Shown here: one piece after another, positions 29,453 to 39,441 of the stretch
Layout of the letters: every line of letters starts with the position of its first letter
Numbering within the stretch: the first letter of the stretch is position 1
Origin: Trueperaceae bacterium
GTDB taxonomy: Bacteria; Deinococcota; Deinococci; Deinococcales; Trueperaceae
Direction of reading: 5' to 3'
DNA: 64,000 nucleotides
Assembly (NCBI GenBank): GCA_965214405.1
Contig: OZ243956.1
Span: 2,304,001-2,368,000, forward strand
Made by a program: the position numbers and the translations under genes
Notes under the pieces: generated by a model
What the model was told of the DNA's origin: nothing
Databases searched by the model: none
Seen by the model: only the letters and a program-made list of their open reading frames with translations

Positions 29453-30514
29453 ATGAGCTGCTGTAACACGCTTTTAGCGAAGGCTGTACCGGAGGCTGCG
29501 AAGGGCGACGCCGCGGGCATTGGCCGCCGCACGGTTCTCAAGGGGATGGTGGGGACGTTCGCGGGGCTCGGTCTGGCCGGACGCGCGCTCGGCGCGGCGC
29601 AGGACCGGCGGGTTCGGCTGGCCTTTTGCTCGCAACTGCTCTGCGTCGTGCCCTATGAGTACACGCGCTCGAGCGGCTTTTTCGCCGACGAGGGCTTAGA
29701 CGTCGAACTCATCTACTCGCGCGGCGGCAACGCGGCGATGCAGGCGCTCGTGGGCGGCGCGGTGGAGTACGCCGCCACCTCCTTTGACGTGGCCTTGCAG
29801 GCTTTCGCCAACGGCGCGGCCATTGAACGCTTCGCCACCACCGGCAGGCTGCCTCTGTTCGCGCTCGCCACCGCGCCCGAGCAGGCCGACACGCTCACCG
29901 AGATTGCAGGGCTCGCGGGCAAGACCGTCGGCGTCTCGGCGCTCGGCAACGCCGACCACGCGCTGCTCCTCTATTTGCTTGAACTCGCCGGGGCGAACGC
30001 GGGCGAGGTGCGCTTTGCGACCTTGGGCGTCAACCTCTACGACGCGCTGCGCTTGGGGCAGGTGGACGCGGGGATGGTCCAGGAGCCCGCCTTGTCGCTG
30101 CTCGAGGAGGGGGGCTCGAGGGTGCTTTTCAACGCCATGAATCTGGACGACGCCGAACGTTACTTGGGCGGCACCTACGAGTTTATGGGTATCGCCGTGC
30201 GCGCTGATGAACGAGACGAACGTTTGGAGGAGATGCGGGCGCTTTCTCGGGCTCTAGCGCGCGGCCTCGTCGGCTTGCAGAGCGCGCCTGTGGGTGACCT
30301 CATCGCGGCGCTGCCGAGCGAACTCATCGCGGGGGACGATAGGGGGCGGCTCGAGGCTATCTTGGAGCGTTACCGCCGCTCGCTCTACCCGGACACGGTG
30401 GCGATTGACGTGTCGGCCTGCGAACGCGTCCAGCAGGCCCAACTCACCGCCGACCTTTTGGCGGAGCCTGTGGATTTGAACGTCTTGTTGGACACGAGCG
30501 TGGTGGAGGGGTAG
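29453..30514 (+). CDS. ABC transporter substrate-binding protein (SsuA/NMT1-like), Tat-exported
   Basis: GRRTVLKG twin-arginine signal; GFFADEGLDVEL, LAGKTVGV and QEP motifs. Confidence 0.88.
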   Translation: MSCCNTLLAKAVPEAAKGDAAGIGRRTVLKGMVGTFAGLGLAGRALGAAQDRRVRLAFCSQLLCVVPYEYTRSSGFFADEGLDVELIYSRGGNAAMQALVGGAVEYAATSFDVALQAFANGAAIERFATTGRLPLFALATAPEQADTLTEIAGLAGKTVGVSALGNADHALLLYLLELAGANAGEVRFATLGVNLYDALRLGQVDAGMVQEPALSLLEEGGSRVLFNAMNLDDAERYLGGTYEFMGIAVRADERDERLEEMRALSRALARGLVGLQSAPVGDLIAALPSELIAGDDRGRLEAILERYRRSLYPDTVAIDVSACERVQQAQLTADLLAEPVDLNVLLDTSVVEG

Positions 30515-31276
30515 ATGCTTCAAATTTCAAACCTCACCCTCGGCTACGGCGGCGAGCCGGTGCTGGAGGGTGTGAACCTAAGCGTCGAGGCGGGCGAGTT
30601 CGTGAGTCTGGTCGGCCCCTCCGGCTCGGGCAAGAGCAGCATTTTGAGGGCGGTGACGGGGCTGCAACCCAGTCGCGGGCGCACCAAACTTGGTGTGTCA
30701 GGAGACCAGGTGGGCTTTTTATTTCAAGACGACGCGCTGCTGCCCTGGCGCACCGCCAAAGAGAACGTGGCGCTGGGCCTAAAGATACGCGGCACGCCCA
30801 AAAACAAAGCTTTGGAGCGCGCTGAGGTGTGGCTCGAGCGCCTTGGCCTGGCTGGCTTCGGGGACCGCTACCCGCGCGAACTCTCGGGCGGCCAGCGCAA
30901 GCGGGTGGCGCTGGCGCAGGTGCTCGCGCAGGGGCCGCGCTTGCTGCTGATGGACGAGCCCTTCGCCTCCCTAGACGCCATCGTGCGCCGCCGCATCACC
31001 GAGGACGTGCTGGGCTGGGTCGAGCGCGAGCGCCTGACGGTGCTCTTGGTGACCCATGACTTAGAAGAGGCGCTGACGCTCTCGGATACCGTTTATCTGC
31101 TCTCGAGCGGCCCCCGCGCCCACATCCGCGAACGCTACCGCGTCCCGATAGCACGACCCCGCGACCTCCTGCAAACCCGCACCGACCCCGCCTTTGCGCC
31201 GCTCCTCAAGAGGCTATGGGACGACCTCTCGAGCGAGGTCGAACGCACCCCCGAAAAACAGGAGGTAGCCGCGTGA
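30515..31276 (+). CDS. ABC transporter ATP-binding protein
   Basis: GPSGSGKS, LSGGQRKR and LLMDEPF motifs. Confidence 0.95.
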   Translation: MLQISNLTLGYGGEPVLEGVNLSVEAGEFVSLVGPSGSGKSSILRAVTGLQPSRGRTKLGVSGDQVGFLFQDDALLPWRTAKENVALGLKIRGTPKNKALERAEVWLERLGLAGFGDRYPRELSGGQRKRVALAQVLAQGPRLLLMDEPFASLDAIVRRRITEDVLGWVERERLTVLLVTHDLEEALTLSDTVYLLSSGPRAHIRERYRVPIARPRDLLQTRTDPAFAPLLKRLWDDLSSEVERTPEKQEVAA

Positions 31277-32031
31277 ACCCGCTAAAGCGCCGTTGGGTGC
31301 GGCGACTCGTGGCGCTGCTCGTGTTGCTGGGGGCTTGGGAAGGCTTGGCCCGAACGGGCGTCCTCGACCCCTTCTACGCGCCGCCGCCCAGCCGGGTGGT
31401 GGGGGTGCTCGTCTCGCTCTTTGCCGACGGGAGCATCTGGACGCATTTGCAAGCGACCTTTACCGCCGCCCTCGCGGGTCTCGCCCTGGGCCTCCTCGCG
31501 GGCGTGGTGCTCGGGTTCGCGGCGGCGCTCGTGCCGCTCTTGTCCGAACTCTTAGAACCCGTGATGATTCTTTTCAACGCTATCCCGAGGGTGATTCTCG
31601 CGCCCTTGTTCGTCATCTGGTTCGGCATCGGCCTGGGTTCGAAAATCGCGGTGGCCTTTCTGCTCGTCGCGGTCCTCACCTTTTTTGCGGTCTATTCAGG
31701 CATCAGGGAGGTGGACGCGCGCTTAGTCGAACGCGTCAGGACGCTCGGCGGCGGGCGCTGGGTACTCCTGCGCGAGGTCTACCTCCCCTCGGTCACCTCC
31801 TGGGTGATGAGCAACCTCAAGGTGGCGGTGGGCTTCGCCTTTACCGGGGCGGTGGTGGGCGAGTTCGTGGCGGCGAGCCGCGGCCTGGGCTACCTCCTCG
31901 CCTTCGCCCAGAGCCAATTCAACGCCGCGCTGACCCTCGCGCTAATCGTCCTCATCATGGCCTTTGTGCTCCTTCTTTTCGCGCTGGCGGGCGGCCTCGA
32001 GCGCCGCCTGCTCCACTGGAAATACAGGTAA
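31273..32031 (+). CDS. ABC transporter permease (SsuC/TauC-like)
   Basis: IPRVILAPLFVIWFGIG and GAVVGEF motifs; GTG overlaps the upstream stop. Confidence 0.92.
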   Translation: MNPLKRRWVRRLVALLVLLGAWEGLARTGVLDPFYAPPPSRVVGVLVSLFADGSIWTHLQATFTAALAGLALGLLAGVVLGFAAALVPLLSELLEPVMILFNAIPRVILAPLFVIWFGIGLGSKIAVAFLLVAVLTFFAVYSGIREVDARLVERVRTLGGGRWVLLREVYLPSVTSWVMSNLKVAVGFAFTGAVVGEFVAASRGLGYLLAFAQSQFNAALTLALIVLIMAFVLLLFALAGGLERRLLHWKYR

Positions 32032-32046
32032 AGGGCGGGTGAGACC

Positions 32047-32415
32047 ATGAAAGTCGCTTACATTTTTTCCACCTCGGGCCACACCGCGAGCTACAAGCTC
32101 GGCAAGATGATTCTGCCGCAGCTCGAGGAGAACCGCCACGGCGCGGAGGTTCTCGGCATGTTCTTTTTTGACGACAACACGTTTGTGTTGAGAGAGGGCG
32201 ACCCTCTGGGCGAACGCCTCGCCAAGGTCGCCAAGGACAAGGGTGTCTTGCTCATGCTCTGCGACCAGTGCGCCGAGGAGCGCGGGCTGGCGAAGCGGGA
32301 GGGTAACGGTAAGCTGGTCGCGGCGGGGACGGTTGAGGGCGTTACAGTAGGCTGTTTTCCCGACCTTTACGCCGCTTTGGGGGGTAACCCGCCCGACCAA
32401 GTCATTACGCTCTAG
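32047..32415 (+). CDS. DsrE-like (SaoD/DsrE-type) protein
   Basis: GMFFFDDN, LCDQCAEERGL and GCFPDLY motifs. Confidence 0.75.
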   Translation: MKVAYIFSTSGHTASYKLGKMILPQLEENRHGAEVLGMFFFDDNTFVLREGDPLGERLAKVAKDKGVLLMLCDQCAEERGLAKREGNGKLVAAGTVEGVTVGCFPDLYAALGGNPPDQVITL

Positions 32416-32458
32416 CTTGATGACTTAATTCAGGAGCGTTTTGTCTTGAGAAGAAATC

Positions 32459-32896
32459 ATGAGCGATGACAACCACTCAGCATCCTTTCCACGAAACGTA
32501 GAAGCATACGAACTCCGCGTCGGCTTGCTCGTTACCTTTGACGGTTCACCAAACGAGCTTACCGCTATCTTGGGCATTGAGCCTTCTATAACGAGAAGCA
32601 AAGGTGACGCTGTCGCCAACACAGCGGTAAAGCACAAACACAGCATTTGGGAACTAGGATCGGGTATCGAGCCTAAAAATAGCCTCTTCGACGACCACAT
32701 CAGTTCGCTGGAAAAGCAGTTGCGCCCAATCAAAGATAAATTTGCACTCTTACCCGCAGACGTTTACATTGAGCTTTCTTGTTACGTAATGAGCCAAGCA
32801 GAGGCTCATTATCCCTCCATTCATCTGTCTTCAGCTTCACTCGCGTTCTTTGCCTCGATTGGCGCAGAGGTTGATGTTGATGTGCGTTATATTTAA
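32459..32896 (+). CDS. DUF4279-like protein
   Basis: PNELTAILGIEPS...KGD...W; C-terminal IHLS...FASIGAEVDVD; low GC. Confidence 0.65.
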   Translation: MSDDNHSASFPRNVEAYELRVGLLVTFDGSPNELTAILGIEPSITRSKGDAVANTAVKHKHSIWELGSGIEPKNSLFDDHISSLEKQLRPIKDKFALLPADVYIELSCYVMSQAEAHYPSIHLSSASLAFFASIGAEVDVDVRYI

Positions 32897-32919
32897 GCAA
32901 ATTTAGTCAAGGAGGCGAA

Positions 32920-33318
32920 GTGTCAGACGCCGCTATACACATCCACGAGCTAAACCACGTGTCGCTCTACCCGCGCGACTTTGACGCCTCCGTGCGCTTT
33001 TACGAGGATGTTCTGCAACTGCCGCGCCTCGAGCCGCCCCCATCGGACTTCCCCATCGCTTGGTTCGCACTCGGCAATCAGCAGCTTCATCTGATACAGG
33101 ACACAATGAACCGGGACAAAGAGCGCCATTCGTATCATCTGGTGTTGCATGTTGATGATGTTGTCGCGGCGCGGGCGTATCTTGAGAGCGAGAGCGTGAC
33201 CATCACGCGCGGACCCGACAGGCGGGGCGACGGGGCGTTGCAGATTTGATTTAACGACCCGGACGGGTATCGGCTCGAGCTGCTGTCCTTTCTAAAAACG
33301 GACAGTGGCGTTGGTTAG
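32920..33318 (+). pseudogene. VOC/glyoxalase-family gene with internal TGA
   Basis: LNHVSL..RFYEDVL; after the TGA at 33247-33249 the frame continues FNDPDGYRLEL. Confidence 0.8.
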
Positions 33319-33360
33319 CAGCAAGCGCCGTGCTAAAGTTGAAGCCTGCGAGGTGCCGAC

Positions 33361-33579
33361 ATGTCAGTTCCCGATCCCCTGATTACGACCTCCCCCGACC
33401 GGCTTAGCGGAACGCCCGTTTTTGCCAAGACGCGGGTGCCTGTCCAGACGCTTGTTGACTACCTCGAGGCCGGAGACTCACTGGACGATTTTCTAAAAGA
33501 CTTTCCGAGCGTTTCCCGCGAGCACGCCGTTGCTGGGTTAAAAAGCTGTGTTAAAACTCGCCAAAGCTGCGCTTCTTAA
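33361..33579 (+). CDS. DUF433-family antitoxin-like protein (orphan)
   Basis: SGTPVFAKTRVPVQTLVDYLEAGDSLDDFLKDFPSV motif. Confidence 0.8.
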   Translation: MSVPDPLITTSPDRLSGTPVFAKTRVPVQTLVDYLEAGDSLDDFLKDFPSVSREHAVAGLKSCVKTRQSCAS

Positions 33580-33728
33580 CGGGGCCGTAGCAGCGTAAGC
33601 TACAGCGCCGAGAGTGCATTCTCTCTGACAGCTGCATACCGCATGAATTTTTCTTGACGCTCATCTACCCAACATCCAAGTAGCCCTGAAAAAGTTTCAC
33701 GTTAAGATGCCTTCGTGAAGGCGTCCAC

Positions 33729-35375
33729 GTGAGCATTGCCCCGACGGGAGAGCGCGCCAAAAACTTTGGTGCTTTTTACACCGACCGGGCCGTCGCCGAC
33801 TTTCTGGTGGGCTGGGCGGTTCGGTCAGGGGCTGACCGCGTGCTCGACCCGAGCTTTGGCGGGGGCGTTTTTTTGGAGGCCGCGTTAAGGCACTTGGGCG
33901 ATGGACGCAGCCTCTACGGCGTCGAACTCGACTCGGAGGTCCACGCGCGCGTGTCGGGTGATTTTGCGGCTCGAGCCCTCCCCCCCCAAAACCTCATTCA
34001 CGCAGACTTTTTTGATGTAGAAACGAGCGAGTCGGGCCTTCCCCCACTAGACGCGGTGGTGGGCAACCCGCCCTTTATCCGCTACCAAAAATTTTTGGGA
34101 GAAAGTAGAACCAAGGCGCTGGCGCGCGCGGCGGCGCAGGGGGTGAGGTTGAGCGGGCGCTCGAGCGCCTGGGCACCCTTTCTCGTCTACAGCGTTTCGC
34201 TTCTCAAATCCGGCGGCAGGCTGGGTATGGTCATTCCGGTGGAACTCGGTCACGCTGGCTACGCGCGCCCGGTGCTGCGCTATCTCACCCAGTCGTTCGG
34301 CTCGGTGACGCTGTTGACGTTCAGAGAACCGCTTTTTCCCGACCTGAGCCAGGGCACGCTGCTCCTTTTAGCTGATAAACGGGGGGCTGCTTTTGACGGC
34401 CTCTTTTGGCGCGATGTGGCGTCGGTGCGGGACCTCGAGTCATCGCATACGTATTCACAAGCCGTTCGCCTGAACGCGCCCGCGCTGCTCGAGGGAAAAG
34501 ACAAGCTCGTCAGTTATTTCGCGCCCCCGGATGCTCGAGGCCTCTACCGAGAGCTAGCCTCGAGCGAGAACGTAAAGCGGCTCGGTGAACTCGCAGAGGT
34601 GGGTATCGGCTACGTCACGGGCGCGAACGGGTTTTTTCACCTTAGCGAAGAGAAGGTGGCGCGGTGGTGTATCCCGGAACGCTTTTTGCGCCGCGCCGTT
34701 TTTCGTGGTGGTGCCCTCCGCGGAACCCGTTTTTGGCGTGAAGACTGGACAGAAGGCGCGGAACACGGCGACGCTGGTTTTTTGTTGTGCTTGGGTGACA
34801 CGCCGCTAGACAATTTGCCGGAGGGGGTGAGGCGTTACCTCGAGCACGGCGAGGCGGCGGGCGTCCATAGGGCTTACAAATGCCGCATCCGCTTCCCCTG
34901 GTACGTCGTGCCGCACGTGCGTGAAGCCGACGCGTTCCTAACCTCGATGAGCGGCTCGAGACCTCGCCTCGTGGCAAACGAGGCGGGGGTGGTCGCACCC
35001 AATACCCTGCACGTCGTGCGCTTGCGGTCTCACAGTCTGGTATCTAAAAGTGCTCTGAGCGCGCTTTGGCAGACCTCGCTCACAAGTTTGAGCGTGGAAC
35101 TCGAGGGCCACGCGTTAGGCGGTGGGCTGCTCAAGCTCGAGCCGAGCGAAGCCAAACGCGTCCTCGTCGCCCTGCCGTCAAATGGGGAATTAGTAGGACT
35201 GACGGAAGAGCTTGATATCCTCTTGCGCAAAGGAGAGAGTCACGCCGCCCGCCAACGTGCGGATGAAGTTATTTTGCAAGGCGCACTCGGCTTGAGTCCT
35301 GGGGAATGTAACCTCTTGCGCGAGGCAGCCCGCACGCTCCGCGCGCGCAGGTCTAAGCAGAGCGGAAAAGAATAA
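33729..35375 (+). CDS. N6-adenine DNA methyltransferase (gamma class), no adjacent endonuclease
   Basis: GAFYT, LDPSFGGG (motif I) before VGNPPF (motif IV); C-terminal recognition domain with GIGYVTGAN and GGGLLKLEP. Confidence 0.88.
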   Translation: MSIAPTGERAKNFGAFYTDRAVADFLVGWAVRSGADRVLDPSFGGGVFLEAALRHLGDGRSLYGVELDSEVHARVSGDFAARALPPQNLIHADFFDVETSESGLPPLDAVVGNPPFIRYQKFLGESRTKALARAAAQGVRLSGRSSAWAPFLVYSVSLLKSGGRLGMVIPVELGHAGYARPVLRYLTQSFGSVTLLTFREPLFPDLSQGTLLLLADKRGAAFDGLFWRDVASVRDLESSHTYSQAVRLNAPALLEGKDKLVSYFAPPDARGLYRELASSENVKRLGELAEVGIGYVTGANGFFHLSEEKVARWCIPERFLRRAVFRGGALRGTRFWREDWTEGAEHGDAGFLLCLGDTPLDNLPEGVRRYLEHGEAAGVHRAYKCRIRFPWYVVPHVREADAFLTSMSGSRPRLVANEAGVVAPNTLHVVRLRSHSLVSKSALSALWQTSLTSLSVELEGHALGGGLLKLEPSEAKRVLVALPSNGELVGLTEELDILLRKGESHAARQRADEVILQGALGLSPGECNLLREAARTLRARRSKQSGKE

Positions 35376-35394
35376 ATTTTACCGGCGCGTTCTC

Positions 35395-37050
35395 CTAATC
35401 CCGCCCTTCCTGCACGCTGTCCAGACGAAACCAGCGGTAGCCGTAGCCGTCCAACGCGACCTCGTGCGAGCTGCCGACGTCGTCGTAGCGTTTGTCTCCC
35501 AAGAGGTCGATAAGCTTGCGGGCGTCGTATTCGCTCAAGTCGAGGGTGACGGTGCGCGCCTCTTCGGAAAAGTTATGCACCGCCATCACCGCCCCGCCGC
35601 GCCACGTGCAGAGGTGGGCAAACACGGCGGGGTCGCCCGTATCCAGGATGCGCGCCTCGCCCCAGCCGAATTCGGGGAGGTCACGGCGGGTGCGCACCGC
35701 CCGCTCCATCCAGTTGAGGAGCGAGTCGGGCTCGAGCCGCGCGTCCGCCACGTTGACCTGTTCAAAGCCGTAAGGTTCCCCTTTGATGAGCGGGCGGATA
35801 AGGTCCTCCTCGGGCGCGGTCGAAAAGCCGCCGTTGGGCTCGCCCGACCACTGCATGGGCGTGCGTACGCTGTTGCGCTCGCCCAATTCAAGATTGTCGC
35901 CCATCCCGATTTCCTCGCCGTACCGCAGCACGGGCGTGCCGGGCAGGGTCAGCAGCAGGCTGTGCGCCAGCCGCAGCTTGCGCGCGTCCCCCAGCATCGG
36001 CGGCAGGCGGCGGCGGATGCCGCGGTCGTACAAGCGCATCGTCTCGTCGGGGGCGAAAATTTTGAAGACCTCCGCGCGCTCCTCTTCGCTAAGCCGCCCT
36101 AAGTCGAGTTCGTCGTGGTTGCGCAAGAAGTTGGCCCACTGTCCCGAAGAAGGAATGTCGGGGGGCTTGCGAAAGCCCTCCACAAGCGGCGTCGCCTCCT
36201 CCCGCGCCAGGGCCAGAAAGAGGTGCTGGTTGAGCATGAAGTTAAAGAGCATGTGGAGCTTCGTCCCGTCGCCGAAATAGTCGGGCACCCGGTCCATCGC
36301 CACGTTGGCCTCGGCCAAAAGAATCGCGTCGCCGCGCCGCCAGGACAAGAAGTCGCGGAACTCGCGCAGGTAATCGTAGGGCTCATCGACCTCGATGTCC
36401 GCGGCGGTCCCCTCGATGCCCTTGAGTTCGATGACAAAGGGGGCGGCGTCTACTCTAAAACCCGAAACGCCCAGCTCGAGCCAGAAGCCCATGATTTTGC
36501 GAATCTCCTCGCGCACCTCCTCGTTGGCGATGTTGAGGTCGGGCTGGTGCTTGTAAAAGCGGTGCAGGTAGTAGGCGTCGACCCCCGCCTCATGGCTCCA
36601 GGTCGTCTCCTGCACGCCGGGAAAGATAACGCCCTCGTCGGCGTCTTCGGGCTTCGTGTCGGACCAGACGTAGTAATGGTGATAGGGCGAATCTCTATCC
36701 TGACGCGCGGCCTCGAACCACGGGTGCTGGTCGGAGGTGTGGTTGATAACCAAGTCGATGATGACCCGGAGCCCCCGCTCTCGCGCTTCGGTCATGAAAT
36801 CCACAAAGTCGCCCAGCGTGCCCAGGCGCGGGTCCACGCTGTAGTAGTCCATCACGTCGTAGCCGTTGTCGCGGTTCGGGGTCGGGAAAAAGGGCAGCAG
36901 CCACAAGCAGGTGACGCCCAACCCCGCGATGTAGTCGAGGCGCGCGGTCAGGCCGCCAAAATCTCCGACGCCGTCGCCGTTGCCGTCAAAGTAGGTTTCT
37001 ACGTCGAGGCAGTAGAGGATGGCGTGTTTGTACCAGAGGTTGCGCTTCAC
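35395..37050 (-). CDS. treS: trehalose synthase-like GH13 protein
   Basis: DNGYDV, NHTSDQHPWF, GFRVDAAP, FLRNHDEL and RTPMQW motifs. Confidence 0.8.
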   Translation of the reverse strand: MKRNLWYKHAILYCLDVETYFDGNGDGVGDFGGLTARLDYIAGLGVTCLWLLPFFPTPNRDNGYDVMDYYSVDPRLGTLGDFVDFMTEARERGLRVIIDLVINHTSDQHPWFEAARQDRDSPYHHYYVWSDTKPEDADEGVIFPGVQETTWSHEAGVDAYYLHRFYKHQPDLNIANEEVREEIRKIMGFWLELGVSGFRVDAAPFVIELKGIEGTAADIEVDEPYDYLREFRDFLSWRRGDAILLAEANVAMDRVPDYFGDGTKLHMLFNFMLNQHLFLALAREEATPLVEGFRKPPDIPSSGQWANFLRNHDELDLGRLSEEERAEVFKIFAPDETMRLYDRGIRRRLPPMLGDARKLRLAHSLLLTLPGTPVLRYGEEIGMGDNLELGERNSVRTPMQWSGEPNGGFSTAPEEDLIRPLIKGEPYGFEQVNVADARLEPDSLLNWMERAVRTRRDLPEFGWGEARILDTGDPAVFAHLCTWRGGAVMAVHNFSEEARTVTLDLSEYDARKLIDLLGDKRYDDVGSSHEVALDGYGYRWFRLDSVQEGRD

Positions 37051-37163
37051 GTCACGTCACTCCGTAAAAGAACCCTGTAAAGGGATGCTCGAGGCACGGA
37101 CTCTCTGCCGCGCCCCGGAGGAACATTTCTCGTCTTCCCTGCTATCCTCGACATGTCGGTTAC

Positions 37164-38123
37164 TCACTTCCCGAACGCGGGCAGCACGCGCTCCCCAAAG
37201 GCGTCGATGAACTCTTCTTGATTGCGGCAGACGTTGTGGACGTACACGCGCTCGAAGCCGAGTTCCCTATCCTCTTGGAGCCAGGCCGCGTGTTTGTTGG
37301 GGTCGGCGGACACGCGCACCTTGTCCTTTACATCTTCGCGCCTCACCCGGCGCGCGGCTAAGTCGAACTGCTCGGTGGTGCGGAGTTCTGTCAAGACCGC
37401 GGAGCCGAACATGTTGGTGCGCCACTGGTCATAAGCGCCCTCGAGCGCCTCCTCGTCCGTACGCGCGTAGGCGTGTTTGGCCTGGAGGTACATGGGCTTG
37501 CCCTCGCCGCCGCCGCGGCGGAAGGCCTCGACGACTTCTTTAAGTTTTTCAGGAGGCCGCGACACCGTGATAAAACCGTCCGCCCAGCCCGCCACCCATG
37601 CGGCGGTCTCGGGCGTGACCGCGGCGGCGATAACGGGCGGGGATTCTTTGGGTAGGGACCACACCTTGGCGTTCTCCACGCGGATGGTGCCCTCGAAATC
37701 CACCCGTTCGCCCCGCCAGAGGGCGCGCATCACCTCGACGGATTCTTTCAGCCGCTGGTTGCGCTCCGGCTTGGTCGGCCAGCGTTCCCCGGTGATGTGC
37801 TCGTTTAAGGCTTGCCCGCTCCCCGGCGCAATCCAAAAGCGGCCCGGAAACATCTCGGCGAGCGTCGCGGCGGCCTGAGCGATGACGGCGGGATGATAGC
37901 GGCCCCCCGGCGCGTTCACCACGCCGAACGAGAGGTTGGTCGCCTGCAACGCCGCGCCCAGCCACGACCAGGCAAAGCCGCTCTCGCCCTGCCGGACGCT
38001 CCAGGTGTGGATGTGGTCCGAACACATCGCCGCGCCAAAACCCGCGGCCTCGGCGCGCCCGACGAGGTCTAGTAGCGCGCTCGGCGCGAACTGTTCGTGT
38101 GAGGCGTGGTAGCCGATTAGCAT
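37164..38123 (-). CDS. LLM-class flavin-dependent oxidoreductase
   Basis: IGYHASHEQF, CSDH, FAWSWLGAA and ALNEHITG motifs. Confidence 0.88.
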   Translation of the reverse strand: MLIGYHASHEQFAPSALLDLVGRAEAAGFGAAMCSDHIHTWSVRQGESGFAWSWLGAALQATNLSFGVVNAPGGRYHPAVIAQAAATLAEMFPGRFWIAPGSGQALNEHITGERWPTKPERNQRLKESVEVMRALWRGERVDFEGTIRVENAKVWSLPKESPPVIAAAVTPETAAWVAGWADGFITVSRPPEKLKEVVEAFRRGGGEGKPMYLQAKHAYARTDEEALEGAYDQWRTNMFGSAVLTELRTTEQFDLAARRVRREDVKDKVRVSADPNKHAAWLQEDRELGFERVYVHNVCRNQEEFIDAFGERVLPAFGK

Positions 38124-38235
38124 ATGAAATCCGATGAGGCTCGAGCACTCCCGTTATAAATCATCATTCCTCCCCCAAAAGCTTTGGCGACAAACTCAAC
38201 AGTCCGCAGCAGTATAACAGCCCTCAGCAAAGCGC

Positions 38236-39441
38236 CTAGAGCAGGCTTCGGTAGAACTCGAGCGTCTCCTCCGCCACCGCCCGCCACGAAAAGCGTTCCT
38301 CGACGCGCGCACGTGAAGCTTTACCCATCGCCGCCGCGCGCTCGGGGTCGTTTAGAAGCTCGTTCACGGCCGCCGCCAAACCTTTTGAAAACCGCTCGGG
38401 ATCTTCCGGCTCAAAGTCCTCGCCCGCTTCCAAAGGCACGAGCAGCCCCGTCTCCCCCGGCACGACGATTTCGGGGATGCCCCCCACCGCGGAGGCCACC
38501 ACGGGCGTCTCGCAGGCCATCGCCTCCAAGTTGATGATGCCGAAGGGCTCGTAGACCGACGGGCAGACAAAGACCGCCGCGTGGCTGTAAAGAACGATGA
38601 TGTCGTCTTTGGGGATCATCTTGGGAACCCAGACGATATTTTGGTCTCCGCCTCGAGCGCGCTCGACGGCGGCGGTCATCTCGAGTTCAATCTCTTTCGT
38701 ATCGGGAGCGCCCGCACAGAGCACCACCTGCACGCCGGGTTGGAGATACTTTATCGCGTTCACGAGATGCAAAATCCCCTTTTGCCGGGTGATGCGCCCC
38801 ACAAAGAGCACGAACGGCACCTCCGGGTCCACGCCGTAACTTTTCAAGACCGCCTCGTCATAGGTCGGGCGATACTGCTCGGAGTCGATGCCGTTGGGGA
38901 TGACGCGGATGCGCTCCGCGGGCACGCCGTAAAGCTCCCCCACATCGCGCTTCATCGACTCGGACACGGCGACGACGCCGTCGGCATTTCCGTAGGCGGT
39001 CTTTTCAATCCAGGAGCTTGCGTAGTAGGCCGCGCCTAGCTGCTCGACCTTCCAGGGGCGATGGGGCTCTAGTGAATGCGTCGTCAGCACCAGCTTGGCC
39101 CCCGTGAGCGGCTTGACGAGGAGGCCCGCAAGGTGCGTGTACCAGGTGTGACAGTGGACGATGTCCGCCCCCTCGACCTGACCCGCCATGATGAGGTCGC
39201 GCTGCAAGGTGTCCATCAATTTCTCAAAGCGTGGGTCCGCCGCTTTCGGTACGCTTTCGGGGGTGACGCCTTGCACGGTGAGATTGTCCCGCGCCTCCTC
39301 TTGGTCGCCGAAAGAAAACACCTGCACGTGGTTCGCGCCGCCCTCCAAACGGGCGAGTTCACGCGTGAGGTATTCCATGTGGACGCCCGCCCCGCCGTAA
39401 ATGTGCGGCGGGTATTCGTTGGTCAGAAGGGTGATATTCAT
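38236..39441 (-). CDS. glgA: GT4 glycogen synthase / maltose-1-phosphate synthase (GlgA/GlgM type)
   Basis: EYPPHIYGGAGVH, HSLEPHRPWK and YEPFGIINLEA motifs. Confidence 0.88.
   Translation of the reverse strand: MNITLLTNEYPPHIYGGAGVHMEYLTRELARLEGGANHVQVFSFGDQEEARDNLTVQGVTPESVPKAADPRFEKLMDTLQRDLIMAGQVEGADIVHCHTWYTHLAGLLVKPLTGAKLVLTTHSLEPHRPWKVEQLGAAYYASSWIEKTAYGNADGVVAVSESMKRDVGELYGVPAERIRVIPNGIDSEQYRPTYDEAVLKSYGVDPEVPFVLFVGRITRQKGILHLVNAIKYLQPGVQVVLCAGAPDTKEIELEMTAAVERARGGDQNIVWVPKMIPKDDIIVLYSHAAVFVCPSVYEPFGIINLEAMACETPVVASAVGGIPEIVVPGETGLLVPLEAGEDFEPEDPERFSKGLAAAVNELLNDPERAAAMGKASRARVEERFSWRAVAEETLEFYRSLL

Noticed and set aside
33247..33275. Selenocysteine recoding of the TGA
   Set aside because: The position aligns with an aromatic residue, not Cys; the hairpin follows from the DPDG codons
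4863..35375. Nuclease at 4863 plus methylase at 33729 as one restriction-modification system
   Set aside because: About 28 kb apart with no evidence of linkage
36115..37080. 321-aa plus-strand ORF
   Set aside because: Antisense shadow of the treS-like gene
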